Source of the DNA: Candidatus Saccharimonadota bacterium
Lineage (GTDB): Bacteria; Patescibacteriota; Saccharimonadia; Saccharimonadales; AQU-01
Direction of reading: 5' to 3'
Assembly (NCBI GenBank): GCA_018499905.2
Contig: JAHBAU020000007.1
Coordinates: 11,408-75,407 of the forward strand
Length of the DNA: 64,000 nucleotides
In this document: one piece after another, positions 8,053 to 17,086 of the stretch
Position numbering within the stretch: position 1 is the first letter of the stretch
How the letters are laid out: the number at the start of each line of letters is the position of its first letter
Translations under genes and position numbers: made by a program
Notes under the pieces: model-generated
The model's database searches: none
Seen by the model: only the letters and a program-made list of their open reading frames with translations
Told to the model about the DNA's origin: nothing

Positions 8053-10710
8053 ATGGCAGATAAAAAACGTTTGGTGGTGATTGACGGTAAAAGTGTCTTT
8101 TACCGCGGCTACTACGCCATGCCCAATCTTTCGACCAACGATGGTACGCCAACTGGCGGCGTCTATGGCTTTGCCGTCATGGCGTTGGAAGTCATTAAAC
8201 GGCTAAAGCCGGATTATGTCTGTGTGGCCTGGGACAAGCCCAAAACCAACATTCGACGCCGACTCAAACTCTATCCAGATTACAAAGCTGGCCGCAAAGC
8301 CGCACCACCAGATTTTTATGCACAGATTCCCATGCTTCACGAACTCTTGGATGCTTTTGGTTGGCCGCTGTACGAATTGGATGATTACGAGGCCGACGAC
8401 ATAATGGGTTGTTTGGCAGTGCAGGCAAAAGCACAAGGACTCGAGACCTTACTGGTTACATCTGACATGGACATGCTGCAACTGGTGAACGGCGACGTGC
8501 ATGTCTACGCACTCAAAACTGGGCTTTCTAATATTGAACTGTATAACCCCAAATCGTTTGAGGCTAAATATGGTATTGGTGTAGAGCAATTTTTGGATTT
8601 AAAGGCCTTAAAGGGCGATAGCTCGGACAACATTCCAGGAGTGCCAGGCATTGGCGAAAAGGGTGCGATTGAGTTACTCAAAGCTTATAAGACGCTCGAT
8701 AACATTTATGACAACTTGGCGCTCATTAAGGATTCTTTGCGCAAAAAGTTAGAAGCTGGCAAAGAGCTAGCTTATTTGAGTAAAGAATTAGCCGACATTT
8801 GGACAGACGCCCCGCTCAAACTTGACCTGAAGGCAACTGATTTAGCCAATTGCCAACCAGAACAGGTGCTGGCAGTGCTGAACAAGCTTGAATTTAAAAG
8901 CCTGGCTAGGCAATTGCCAGAAGTAATGAAGGTCGACCCGTCGGTCGTGCCCGCCAGTTTGCCTACTGCAGCTAAAGAGCTGCCGGTTGGCAAGGTAACG
9001 GTTGTCACAAAAGATACGGATCTAACCTCAGTCATAATGGGGGAAGGCAAAGAAGTCGTGCTGCACACCCGCGCCGGTGGCAAGCATGGCCGTAACCCAC
9101 ATCTCATTATTATCAGCCCCTCCGAAGATCATACCTATGTGCTTGATATGACCAAGCTAAAGGTCGACCAGGTTGTCGAGCTGTTGGCTGGTGTGAAATC
9201 GCTGGTTGGCTATGACCTCAAATCGTCACTCAAAGTGCTCATAGAGCTGGGCGCTGCCTTACCACCGGTGGCGCACGACGTGCAAATTGGTGCGTTTTTG
9301 GTCAATTCACTGCGCCGAGATTTGTCTTTGAGTGAGCTGGCCAGCAGCGATCTTGGTTACGGCGGCTCACTGTTTGAAGATTTGGACGACGATGAACTCA
9401 TAAGTAGAGCAGGTGAAATCACTGCTGTCTTGCGTGGCCTAGCCAACCTGCAGGGTGAACAAATGAGTGAGCTTACCGGGCTTATTAAGGTGGCGGAAGA
9501 TATAGAGTGGCCGGTGATTCCGGTGCTAGCTCGTATGGAACATCAAGGCATTTATTTGGATACTGAGTACTTGAGCGGGATGGCCGAGCGGGTAGCCGAC
9601 AAAATTTCCGATCTCGAGCAAGAAATTTACGGGCATGCCGACCAAGAGTTCAATATTAGTTCACCGGCTCAGCTGGCGGACATCTTATTTGTAAAGTTGA
9701 ATTTGCCGCATGACGGCGTTAAAAAGGGCAAAACCGGCTATTCAACCGCCGCCGCCGAGCTCGACAAGCTGCGCGGCCTACATCCAATTATTGACCTTAT
9801 AACGAGCTACCGCGAAGTGACCAAACTCAAGAATACTTATATTGATCCGCTGCCCAAGATGGTTGATGAAGCATCGCGACTGCACACCACTTACGCTATG
9901 ACGGTGGCGCAGACTGGGCGCTTAAGTTCTAATGATCCAAATCTGCAGAACATACCGGTCCGCACTGAACTTGGCCGCGAAATCCGCACGGCGTTTGTAG
10001 CTGCCCCAGAACATACCCTGGTCAGTGCTGACTACAGCCAGTTCGAGCTGCGTTTAGCCGCCTATTTATGCGGTGACGAAGAATTAATGGATCAGTTCAA
10101 CCGCGACATCGATGTGCACTTGGCCACTGCCGCGCAGGTCTATGACCGCTCACCCGAAGACGTCACCAAAAATATGCGCCGCGATGCCAAGGCGGTGAAC
10201 TTTGGGATTATGTATGGCCAGGGCCCGCACGGGTTGGTGCAGACCACTGGTATGACGTACGAAGCTGCCAAGCAATTTATTGCCAAATACTTTGAAATTC
10301 GGCCCAAATTAAAGGCCTACATTGATTCAGTCAAAGACATGGCCAAAAACAAGGGTTATGTGGAGACCATGTACGGCCGCCGCCGCCCAACGCCCGATGT
10401 GCATTCCTCGAACTTTATTGTGCGTGAAGCAGCATACCGTGCTGCGGTGAATATGCCGTTCCAAGGTTCGGCTGCTGACATTATGAAACTGGGAATGATT
10501 GCCGTGCAAAAACGACTCGATGAAGAATTTGACGGGGAAGACCCGCCCCAGATTTTGCTACAAATCCACGACAGTTTAATTGTGGAATGCATCGCCTCAC
10601 AGGCCGAAAAAGTAGCCAAACTCATCAAAGAAACCATGGAAAACGTCGTCAGTCTCCCTATCAAACTAACCGTCGACACCTCCACCGGCGAAAACTGGGG
10701 CAAACTTTAG
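8053..10710 (+). CDS. polA: DNA polymerase I
   Basis: 885 aa with a 5' nuclease N-terminus. Pol A motifs are DYSQFELR, RRDAKAVNFGIMYG and QIHDSLIVE. Confidence 0.95.
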   Translation: MADKKRLVVIDGKSVFYRGYYAMPNLSTNDGTPTGGVYGFAVMALEVIKRLKPDYVCVAWDKPKTNIRRRLKLYPDYKAGRKAAPPDFYAQIPMLHELLDAFGWPLYELDDYEADDIMGCLAVQAKAQGLETLLVTSDMDMLQLVNGDVHVYALKTGLSNIELYNPKSFEAKYGIGVEQFLDLKALKGDSSDNIPGVPGIGEKGAIELLKAYKTLDNIYDNLALIKDSLRKKLEAGKELAYLSKELADIWTDAPLKLDLKATDLANCQPEQVLAVLNKLEFKSLARQLPEVMKVDPSVVPASLPTAAKELPVGKVTVVTKDTDLTSVIMGEGKEVVLHTRAGGKHGRNPHLIIISPSEDHTYVLDMTKLKVDQVVELLAGVKSLVGYDLKSSLKVLIELGAALPPVAHDVQIGAFLVNSLRRDLSLSELASSDLGYGGSLFEDLDDDELISRAGEITAVLRGLANLQGEQMSELTGLIKVAEDIEWPVIPVLARMEHQGIYLDTEYLSGMAERVADKISDLEQEIYGHADQEFNISSPAQLADILFVKLNLPHDGVKKGKTGYSTAAAELDKLRGLHPIIDLITSYREVTKLKNTYIDPLPKMVDEASRLHTTYAMTVAQTGRLSSNDPNLQNIPVRTELGREIRTAFVAAPEHTLVSADYSQFELRLAAYLCGDEELMDQFNRDIDVHLATAAQVYDRSPEDVTKNMRRDAKAVNFGIMYGQGPHGLVQTTGMTYEAAKQFIAKYFEIRPKLKAYIDSVKDMAKNKGYVETMYGRRRPTPDVHSSNFIVREAAYRAAVNMPFQGSAADIMKLGMIAVQKRLDEEFDGEDPPQILLQIHDSLIVECIASQAEKVAKLIKETMENVVSLPIKLTVDTSTGENWGKL

Positions 10711-10773
10711 ACTGTCCTCTGGGCTAACGCTACCTTACGAGATAATGTTTTACGTCTGTTAATTGGTAGGTAA

Positions 10774-11208
10774 CTAATCTAGTTGGCCAGAATAAACAGG
10801 ACTACAAAAGTCCTCACCTAATACACCGATCATGCTTGCATGATCGGTGAAGTAATAGTCACGTTCGTCTATTCGCATCGCATAACTTTGGGGGTCACTT
10901 TGGTCTTCAGGAGTTTTGACAACGGTGACCCAAGCGCTGCACGACCCGTTGCCCAAAGCAACATGAACAGAATCACCGCCGCTTCTCAAAAGAACATCGC
11001 CATTTGAATTCGGAACCATTTCGAACCCGTCTTGAACGGTGTTGTCGATAATTTCTTGTCTCGCCCGATCGCCGGCTTCATCTAAAGCGTGATCAAGACG
11101 CACCCCACCTGCAATTAAGCCTAAAACCACGACCGCTATCGCTGAAGGAATCCAGCCTTCATACTTTCCCTGATCCCTTTGAGTTTCAGCCAAACGTTGT
11201 TCTCCCAT
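10774..11208 (-). CDS. Membrane-anchored hypothetical protein
   Basis: Start MGEQRL at 11208 has AAGGAG upstream. One N-terminal TM segment. Confidence 0.45.
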   Translation of the reverse strand: MGEQRLAETQRDQGKYEGWIPSAIAVVVLGLIAGGVRLDHALDEAGDRARQEIIDNTVQDGFEMVPNSNGDVLLRSGGDSVHVALGNGSCSAWVTVVKTPEDQSDPQSYAMRIDERDYYFTDHASMIGVLGEDFCSPVYSGQLD

Positions 11209-11301
11209 AATGAGCACTCCTTTGAAAAGCAACTGTAATACAGAATATAATGCTGGTCAAAAGGTTATTATCACAACTTTAGGGGTGCTACACTTTAGAT
11301 C

Positions 11302-11883
11302 ATGATCAAGGCCATAATCTTTGACTGCTACGGCGTGTTGGTGGGGACGGGGTTTTGGAATATTTATAACCGTGCGGGTGGTGATGCCGACAAAGACAAG
11401 GTGTTTATTAATGATTGGCTGCATCGTAACAGCCTGGGCGAAGTTACTGGCGAAGAATTAACTGAGGCCATGGCCAAAGAGCTTGGTATAACTGTGGCTG
11501 AGTGGCGGCGGTACATTGAAGAAGACGAAGTGCCATCACCCCAGTTACTGGATTTAATTCGGACGCGGTTGCTGGGAAAGTATAAACTGGCGGTCATTAG
11601 CAATGCCGGCCGCGGCGCGCTTGATAGGAAGTTATCAAAAGAGCAACAAGCTTTGTTTGACGCAGTGATTGTGTCGGCCGAAGTTGGGTTAGTCAAACCT
11701 GACCCAGCAATCTTTGCCTACGCCTGCGAAAAGCTGGGTGTTGACCCCAAACAAACAGTGTTTATTGATGACCACGAGGAGTACCTGGCTGGTGCTCAAA
11801 GTCTTGGCATCAAAACCATTCTGTATAAAAATTTTGAAGATTGTCATAACCAGCTAGTACAATTGTTGGCTAAGGAGAGCTAA
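11302..11883 (+). CDS. HAD-superfamily hydrolase
   Basis: Motif I is IIFDCYGVL and motif IV is FIDD. It is 193 aa and a paralog of 14836..15417. Confidence 0.7.
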   Translation: MIKAIIFDCYGVLVGTGFWNIYNRAGGDADKDKVFINDWLHRNSLGEVTGEELTEAMAKELGITVAEWRRYIEEDEVPSPQLLDLIRTRLLGKYKLAVISNAGRGALDRKLSKEQQALFDAVIVSAEVGLVKPDPAIFAYACEKLGVDPKQTVFIDDHEEYLAGAQSLGIKTILYKNFEDCHNQLVQLLAKES

Positions 11884-11886
11884 ACA

Positions 11887-12444
11887 ATGCCGCTAGAGAG
11901 TGCAAAACCTTTCGGAATGCTGTCAATGCTTGTTACGGTGGCAGTTGTGATCGGGATGCTGGCGATATGGCCACACGAAAAAGGTAAATCAATCAGTCGA
12001 CACTCTGCCGCAGGCAGGGTGCCATACTTGTTGATGGCTCTGGTTCAAACTTTCGCATATCCGGCCTATCTATGGTTTGCCTTTCAGTGGTTTGTCCCAA
12101 CGTTTGACATAAACCCACTGTATCTAGTCCTGACTGTTCTTTCGGCAATAGGTTTGCTTGTCGCAGCGTGGGTTCCAGATGTGCCAGGGATCAGGCGCAG
12201 AATTCACGAAGTCTGTGCATATGGCGCTGCAGGACTATATATTCCTGCCACACTCATACTGGTACTGACACCAACTATTGTGCCGATGGCACGGGTTTTT
12301 GGAGCGTTGACTGCTGCCTACATGATTATAAATGTTTATGCTGGACTCAAAATCCCTAAAGCGCATGAGTACCACTTGCCATTGCAATCAATTTATATTG
12401 TGAGTTATTTTGCTGTCATTTTGCTCGCCACCTATGTAAGGTAA
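11887..12444 (+). CDS. Integral membrane protein, unknown function
   Basis: About 5-6 hydrophobic spans. It starts 4 nt after the HAD gene. Confidence 0.5.
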   Translation: MPLESAKPFGMLSMLVTVAVVIGMLAIWPHEKGKSISRHSAAGRVPYLLMALVQTFAYPAYLWFAFQWFVPTFDINPLYLVLTVLSAIGLLVAAWVPDVPGIRRRIHEVCAYGAAGLYIPATLILVLTPTIVPMARVFGALTAAYMIINVYAGLKIPKAHEYHLPLQSIYIVSYFAVILLATYVR

Positions 12445-12462
12445 TTTTATAGAGGAGGCCCG

Positions 12463-13281
12463 ATGGATATACCGAACATTCGTTTAAGTGACGGCAACAC
12501 AATCCCACAGATAGGACTGGGTTTATGGAAAAACCGATTGCCAAGCCATGTAACTCGAGCGGTAGAAGCTGCGCTCAAAGAGGGGTATCGGCATTTTGAT
12601 AGTGCGCAGATTTATGGCAATGAGCGATTCTTAGGGAGTGCCCTGCAGAAATTCGGTGTCAAGCGCGAGGAGTTGTACATAACGACTAAACTATGGAATG
12701 GCAACCAGTGGCCCGAAGATGCCCTTGATAGCTTTGACAAATCATTAGAACACCTCAAAACGGAATACATTGACTTATTCCTTGTGCATTTTCCCGTTAC
12801 CGAAACGCGGGCGATGGCTTGGCGGTCAATGGAAAAAATCCATGAATCTGGCCGAGCGAAATCAATCGGTGTCAGTAACTACACGATTCGCCATTTGGAA
12901 GAGTTATTAGCCAACTGTCGCGTAAAGCCGGTGATCAATCAAGTTGAGCTGCACGTCTATTTGCAGCAACCCGAGCTCGTAGCGTTCTGCAAAAAGCATG
13001 ACATTGTGGTCGAGGCTTACTCACCGCTGGCACATGCGCACGGCATGGACAATGAAGTACTTCAGGCGATTGCTGACAAGCATGGTAAATCTACGGCGCA
13101 AGTGATGATCCGCTGGTGCATCGAAAAGGGGTTGGTGCCATTGCCCAAATCAACTCACGCCGATCGTATTAAGGCCAATATTGAGGTGTTCGACTTTGCA
13201 CTTGATGCCGATGACATGGCCAAAATTGAGAAGCTAGAAGCTAATTTGCGGACTTGCTGGGATCCGACAAACGTCGCCTAA
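12463..13281 (+). CDS. Aldo/keto reductase
   Basis: GLGLWK, RHFDSAQIYGNE, LYITTKLWN and LVHFP are typical AKR motifs. AGGAGG lies upstream. Confidence 0.85.
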   Translation: MDIPNIRLSDGNTIPQIGLGLWKNRLPSHVTRAVEAALKEGYRHFDSAQIYGNERFLGSALQKFGVKREELYITTKLWNGNQWPEDALDSFDKSLEHLKTEYIDLFLVHFPVTETRAMAWRSMEKIHESGRAKSIGVSNYTIRHLEELLANCRVKPVINQVELHVYLQQPELVAFCKKHDIVVEAYSPLAHAHGMDNEVLQAIADKHGKSTAQVMIRWCIEKGLVPLPKSTHADRIKANIEVFDFALDADDMAKIEKLEANLRTCWDPTNVA

Positions 13282-13703
13282 TGGGGAATAGAGTTACCTA
13301 CAAGTACGGTGAGGACGGAAAGCTCGTGCGGAGTGGCAAGTTTGAGAGAATGCTTGCCGATGGTCAAGAGCCTGATTATGAGGTTGTGGCTGGCGACATG
13401 CTCATTGAGCGCACAATGCGAAAATTGCCTGAAGAACGCGATGAGTTTGGAGGAGGGGATAGAGCCCATAAAGTTGAAGAACTGGGTGATATGTTAGAGC
13501 TAGTTGAGTTTTTGGCATATCTGAGTGGCATCCCTATGTTTGAGGTTGCTCAAGCTCAAGAAGCAAAACGGCGGGTTGCAGGTGACTTTTTAGATGGCAT
13601 TGTCGTACGGGCGGTTACCGTCAATGAAGGCGATGAATGGGATAGATACTACGGTGAGCGCCCGGGTGTTTTTATACGACTGGAGCCTTCCCATGAGCCG
13701 TAA
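13281..13703 (+). CDS. MazG/HisE-like nucleotide pyrophosphohydrolase
   Basis: The start overlaps the upstream stop as TAATG. The motif EERDEF...VEELGDMLELVEFL is an EExxE/D-type helix pair. Confidence 0.5.
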   Translation: MGNRVTYKYGEDGKLVRSGKFERMLADGQEPDYEVVAGDMLIERTMRKLPEERDEFGGGDRAHKVEELGDMLELVEFLAYLSGIPMFEVAQAQEAKRRVAGDFLDGIVVRAVTVNEGDEWDRYYGERPGVFIRLEPSHEP

Positions 13704-14145
13704 ACCAAACATAGTGCAGCGTATTTCAATGAAAGCCGTGTTAGCCCACAAAGGCAAAGTGCTGATTCTCCGCAAGGCTAAGTATGATGGCAATGGCGGA
13801 CGGGAAGGCAAGTGGAATCTGCCGGGAGGCCGAATTGAAGTCGGTGAGCACTGGCAAGAAGCCTTAAAGCGAGAAGTGTTAGAAGAAACAGGCATCGCCG
13901 AAATTAACATCGAATACCCAATATATATTGGCGAGTGGCATCCGGTTATAAGCGGTGTCGAGAATCAGATTATTTGTACTTTTGTGGTGTGCTCTACTAG
14001 ACAGACAGACGTTACTTTGAATCACGAGCACGATAAATTCGCGTGGATCAAACCTGATAAGCGCCAAGACTATGAACTGCTCGATCCGGAATGGGACGTC
14101 ATTGATCGCTTCGCATCCTGGTCAACAAAGTTGAATATATCTTAA
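13693..14145 (+). CDS. NUDIX hydrolase
   Basis: The Nudix box reads GGRIEVGEHWQEALKREVLEETG. ATG at 13693 overlaps the upstream gene's end. Confidence 0.8.
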   Translation: MSRKPNIVQRISMKAVLAHKGKVLILRKAKYDGNGGREGKWNLPGGRIEVGEHWQEALKREVLEETGIAEINIEYPIYIGEWHPVISGVENQIICTFVVCSTRQTDVTLNHEHDKFAWIKPDKRQDYELLDPEWDVIDRFASWSTKLNIS

Positions 14146-14179
14146 TTTTATGTTATGATTTATGAGGTAGAATAAAAGT

Positions 14180-14788
14180 ATGAACAACGCATCTCGCTAT
14201 ATTGTCGGATTTTTACTCGTCGCTATTTTTGTTTTCTTTGGTGTTGCGATTTTTCGAAGTGCCACGAATAACGACGATAAAAAGCCTGAAACAGTTGCTA
14301 CTGTCGTGCAGGCCAAAACCCTGCCAGAGTATGCAGGTACCGATGCCGAAGTTAGCGTGAACGTTGTCGGTCCTATTATTGGCGAGGCAGAACACCGACA
14401 GATTCGCATTACCGTCAGCCGCGATCGCCGGACGCTTGACGTGCTTCAAGGATATCAAGGCCGTGTGATTAAAACTAAGAGTTACTTTAATGATCAGTCC
14501 GCTTACGATGTCTTTTTACGCGCATTGCAAGGACTTAACTTTACTGCTAGCAAAACACCTAAGATTGAGGATGAGTTTAAAGCCTGCCCGCTTGGTGTGC
14601 ATTATGAATACGCTCTTGATAAAACTGGTTCAGACGACGAAGATTTTAAACTGTGGTCAGTATCATGTGGGGTAGATATCGGAACGTTTGCCGGTGGCCC
14701 TGGCCCAACAATTCGGACGCTTTTCCAAAAACAAATTCCTGATTACGATGCCTTGGTAGAAGGCGTCAACGTCCAGCCCCTGCAATAG
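14180..14788 (+). CDS. Membrane-anchored or secreted hypothetical protein
   Basis: N-terminal TM segment (YIVGFLLVAIFVFFGVAIF). No motif recognised. Confidence 0.5.
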   Translation: MNNASRYIVGFLLVAIFVFFGVAIFRSATNNDDKKPETVATVVQAKTLPEYAGTDAEVSVNVVGPIIGEAEHRQIRITVSRDRRTLDVLQGYQGRVIKTKSYFNDQSAYDVFLRALQGLNFTASKTPKIEDEFKACPLGVHYEYALDKTGSDDEDFKLWSVSCGVDIGTFAGGPGPTIRTLFQKQIPDYDALVEGVNVQPLQ

Positions 14789-14835
14789 TATAAGCAGGCT
14801 ATCTGCAGGCCCGGTAAATTGGTAAAATAAACAGG

Positions 14836-15417
14836 ATGATTAAAGCCATTATTTTTGACTGTTTTGGGGTGCTTGCCCAAGATGGCTGGTTGCACTATTC
14901 AGAAACTAGGTTCAAAACACCCGTGGAGCGGCTGGCTGCCTCCGATTTACTCAAGCAACATGACGCTGGCTTTTTGACTGCCGAAGAGTTTGCGACTCAA
15001 GCTGCCGAGATGTCTGGTCTGCCCAAAGAAGAGTTGCAAAAAATAATCACTACGCACCAAAGCAAAAATGATAAGCTGCTGGGCCATATCGCTTCTCTTA
15101 AAAAAGCCGGTTACAAACTCAGCATTGTATCTAATGTGGGTGAAGATTGGTTGGATAATTTCTTGACCAAAGAAGAGCGTGGGCTGTTCGATGACATCTT
15201 GCTGTCATACAAAGTTAAGCTGCTCAAACCCGACCCGCTAATTTATATGATGGCGGCAGACCGGCTTGGCATATTAACCCGCGAGTGTGTTTTTATTGAT
15301 GACCGGCAAGTCTGTGTAGATGGCGCTAAGGCAGTTGATATGCAGGCCATCCGCTACCAAAGCTTCGATCAGTTTATTGCCGACTTGTCGACCATCTTAA
15401 CCAATACGGATTACTAG
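14836..15417 (+). CDS. HAD-superfamily hydrolase (paralog)
   Basis: IIFDCFGVL and FIDD motifs. It is 193 aa, the same length and N-terminus as 11302..11883. Confidence 0.7.
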   Translation: MIKAIIFDCFGVLAQDGWLHYSETRFKTPVERLAASDLLKQHDAGFLTAEEFATQAAEMSGLPKEELQKIITTHQSKNDKLLGHIASLKKAGYKLSIVSNVGEDWLDNFLTKEERGLFDDILLSYKVKLLKPDPLIYMMAADRLGILTRECVFIDDRQVCVDGAKAVDMQAIRYQSFDQFIADLSTILTNTDY

Positions 15418-15633
15418 CCGTTTATCGGTTTGGCACATTTCTTTAATGGTGTAGAGATGCGGCCGCAGTGCCCCAGCCATGGCCGCGCTTGGTGCATGAA
15501 TCGTAATAATTTTTTCATTCATACTGACCGCCACCAGCGCATCAAACATTTCCTTCACAAATTCCTTAATAATCACCATCTCAGGCGGTTCGGCAAATCT
15601 TTTTTGAGAAATAATATCGGCAATTGAACTCAT
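15397..15633 (-). CDS. Small protein, possibly DUF721-like
   Basis: I prefer the internal start MSSIADI at 15633, which avoids overlapping fpg. The family call is from memory and weak. Confidence 0.3.
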   Translation of the reverse strand: MSSIADIISQKRFAEPPEMVIIKEFVKEMFDALVAVSMNEKIITIHAPSAAMAGALRPHLYTIKEMCQTDKRLVIRIG

Positions 15634-15656
15634 TGTATCCCTAGTATAATAATGGA

Positions 15657-16526
15657 ATGCCGGAGTTACCAGAAGTCGAGACGGTTCGTCGGGGTTTAAG
15701 TGAGCTTTTGCCGGGTAAGCAAGTTGCTCGCGTTGATTTTGATTGGCCAAAGGGTTTCCCTAATGCCCCAGGAGACGTAGCCCAATTCCTGATCGGTGCC
15801 AAGGTGACGAGCGTAAAGCGTCGTGCCAAAGTGCTGCTCATTGAGCTTGATTCTGACTACACCTTGGTGATACATCTAAAAATGACCGGTCAACTGGTAT
15901 TTGTGGGCGAACAGCGTTTTGGAGCTGGACACCCAAATGACTCGCTAATCGGCGACTTGCCGGATACATCAACCAGAGTAACGTTTGCATTCAAAGATGG
16001 CTCGCAGCTGTATTTTAATGATCAACGAAAGTTTGGTTGGGTACGACTTTTGCCAACTGTCGAGGTTCCGAATATTGATTTTATGAAAAAAGTGGGGCCT
16101 GAACCGCTCGATGATAGCTTTATGGCCAAGCAGTTCGAGGAGCGTCTGCGGCGTCGTAATAATTCAAACATTAAAGCAGTCTTGCTCGATCAAACAGTGG
16201 TTGCCGGGATTGGCAATATCTATGCCGACGAGAGCCTATGGGGTGCAAAGATTCATCCAACAACGCTCGTGAAGGACTTGAGGACCAAGCAAATCGAAAC
16301 GCTTTTTACCGAGCTGCAGTTTGTGCTTAATCTGGCGATTGAGAAAGGCGGCTCGTCTGATAAGAACTATGTGAATGCCGAAGGCAAACGCGGCAGTTAT
16401 TTGCAATTTGCCCGTGTCTTTCGCCGAGAAGGTCAGGCTTGTCCGCGCTGCAACTCAGTTATTGAGAAATCGCGGGTTGCCGGCAGAGGTACACATATCT
16501 GCCCAAAATGCCAGAGACTATCCTGA
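15657..16526 (+). CDS. mutM: Formamidopyrimidine-DNA glycosylase
   Basis: N-terminal MPELPEVETVRRGL and a C-terminal zinc finger, CPRC...CPKC. Confidence 0.9.
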   Translation: MPELPEVETVRRGLSELLPGKQVARVDFDWPKGFPNAPGDVAQFLIGAKVTSVKRRAKVLLIELDSDYTLVIHLKMTGQLVFVGEQRFGAGHPNDSLIGDLPDTSTRVTFAFKDGSQLYFNDQRKFGWVRLLPTVEVPNIDFMKKVGPEPLDDSFMAKQFEERLRRRNNSNIKAVLLDQTVVAGIGNIYADESLWGAKIHPTTLVKDLRTKQIETLFTELQFVLNLAIEKGGSSDKNYVNAEGKRGSYLQFARVFRREGQACPRCNSVIEKSRVAGRGTHICPKCQRLS

Positions 16527-16994
16527 AACTACTCTCATATCGTCTGCGGGGGGCCCATCAAAGGGGTTGAAACCAACAAGATATTGCCATTCATCCGGTC
16601 CAATAACTAGATCTTGGCAAATACCATCGACTAACTCAGTATCGGTAGAACCCATGATGACGGTTCCAAACGTTTCCGGCAGTGGGCCGGAAAGAATACT
16701 CAAGCCTCCACCAACTTGACAGGTTATTCTACCTATCATATTTGGCTCGTCTGTGGTCTCGGCAACTAGCTTAATGGCTCCATCTTCGGTGCGTGCCAGA
16801 AGTAAAGAATTCTGAGCCAGGCCGGGGAATTGTGCCACAAAGTCCTCGCCAGCTTCTAGTTGGTATTCAATTTTTTCTTTTGACTGTGGGTCGCTCTCCC
16901 CAAGTGATTGTTGCATTCTTGAAAGGCCATATCCTGCTACCAGGCATACTGCCCCCACACCACCAATAGTTGCAACTGCTCTACTTTTACGCAT
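16518..16994 (-). CDS. Membrane-anchored hypothetical protein
   Basis: N-terminal TM segment. It is convergent with fpg and overlaps it by 9 nt. Confidence 0.45.
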   Translation of the reverse strand: MRKSRAVATIGGVGAVCLVAGYGLSRMQQSLGESDPQSKEKIEYQLEAGEDFVAQFPGLAQNSLLLARTEDGAIKLVAETTDEPNMIGRITCQVGGGLSILSGPLPETFGTVIMGSTDTELVDGICQDLVIGPDEWQYLVGFNPFDGPPADDMRVVSG

Positions 16995-17086
16995 AACTGC
17001 TCCCTAAAACAATAGTTCATTCTATCACACATTTTCTAACTATGCGCAAAATATTAATCTGAAAGTGTGTCTTTACAGACGTATCT

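Noticed and set aside
8203-10703. Several 60-115 aa ORFs inside or antisense to polA (for example 8772..9107 and 10356..10703)
   Set aside because: They lie entirely within a confidently identified 885-aa polA frame and are typical antisense shadows.
13594-13692. Upstream extension of the NUDIX ORF from 13594
   Set aside because: The extension fully overlaps the MazG-like gene in another frame. The ATG at 13693 gives a normal-length NUDIX protein with a short coupling overlap.
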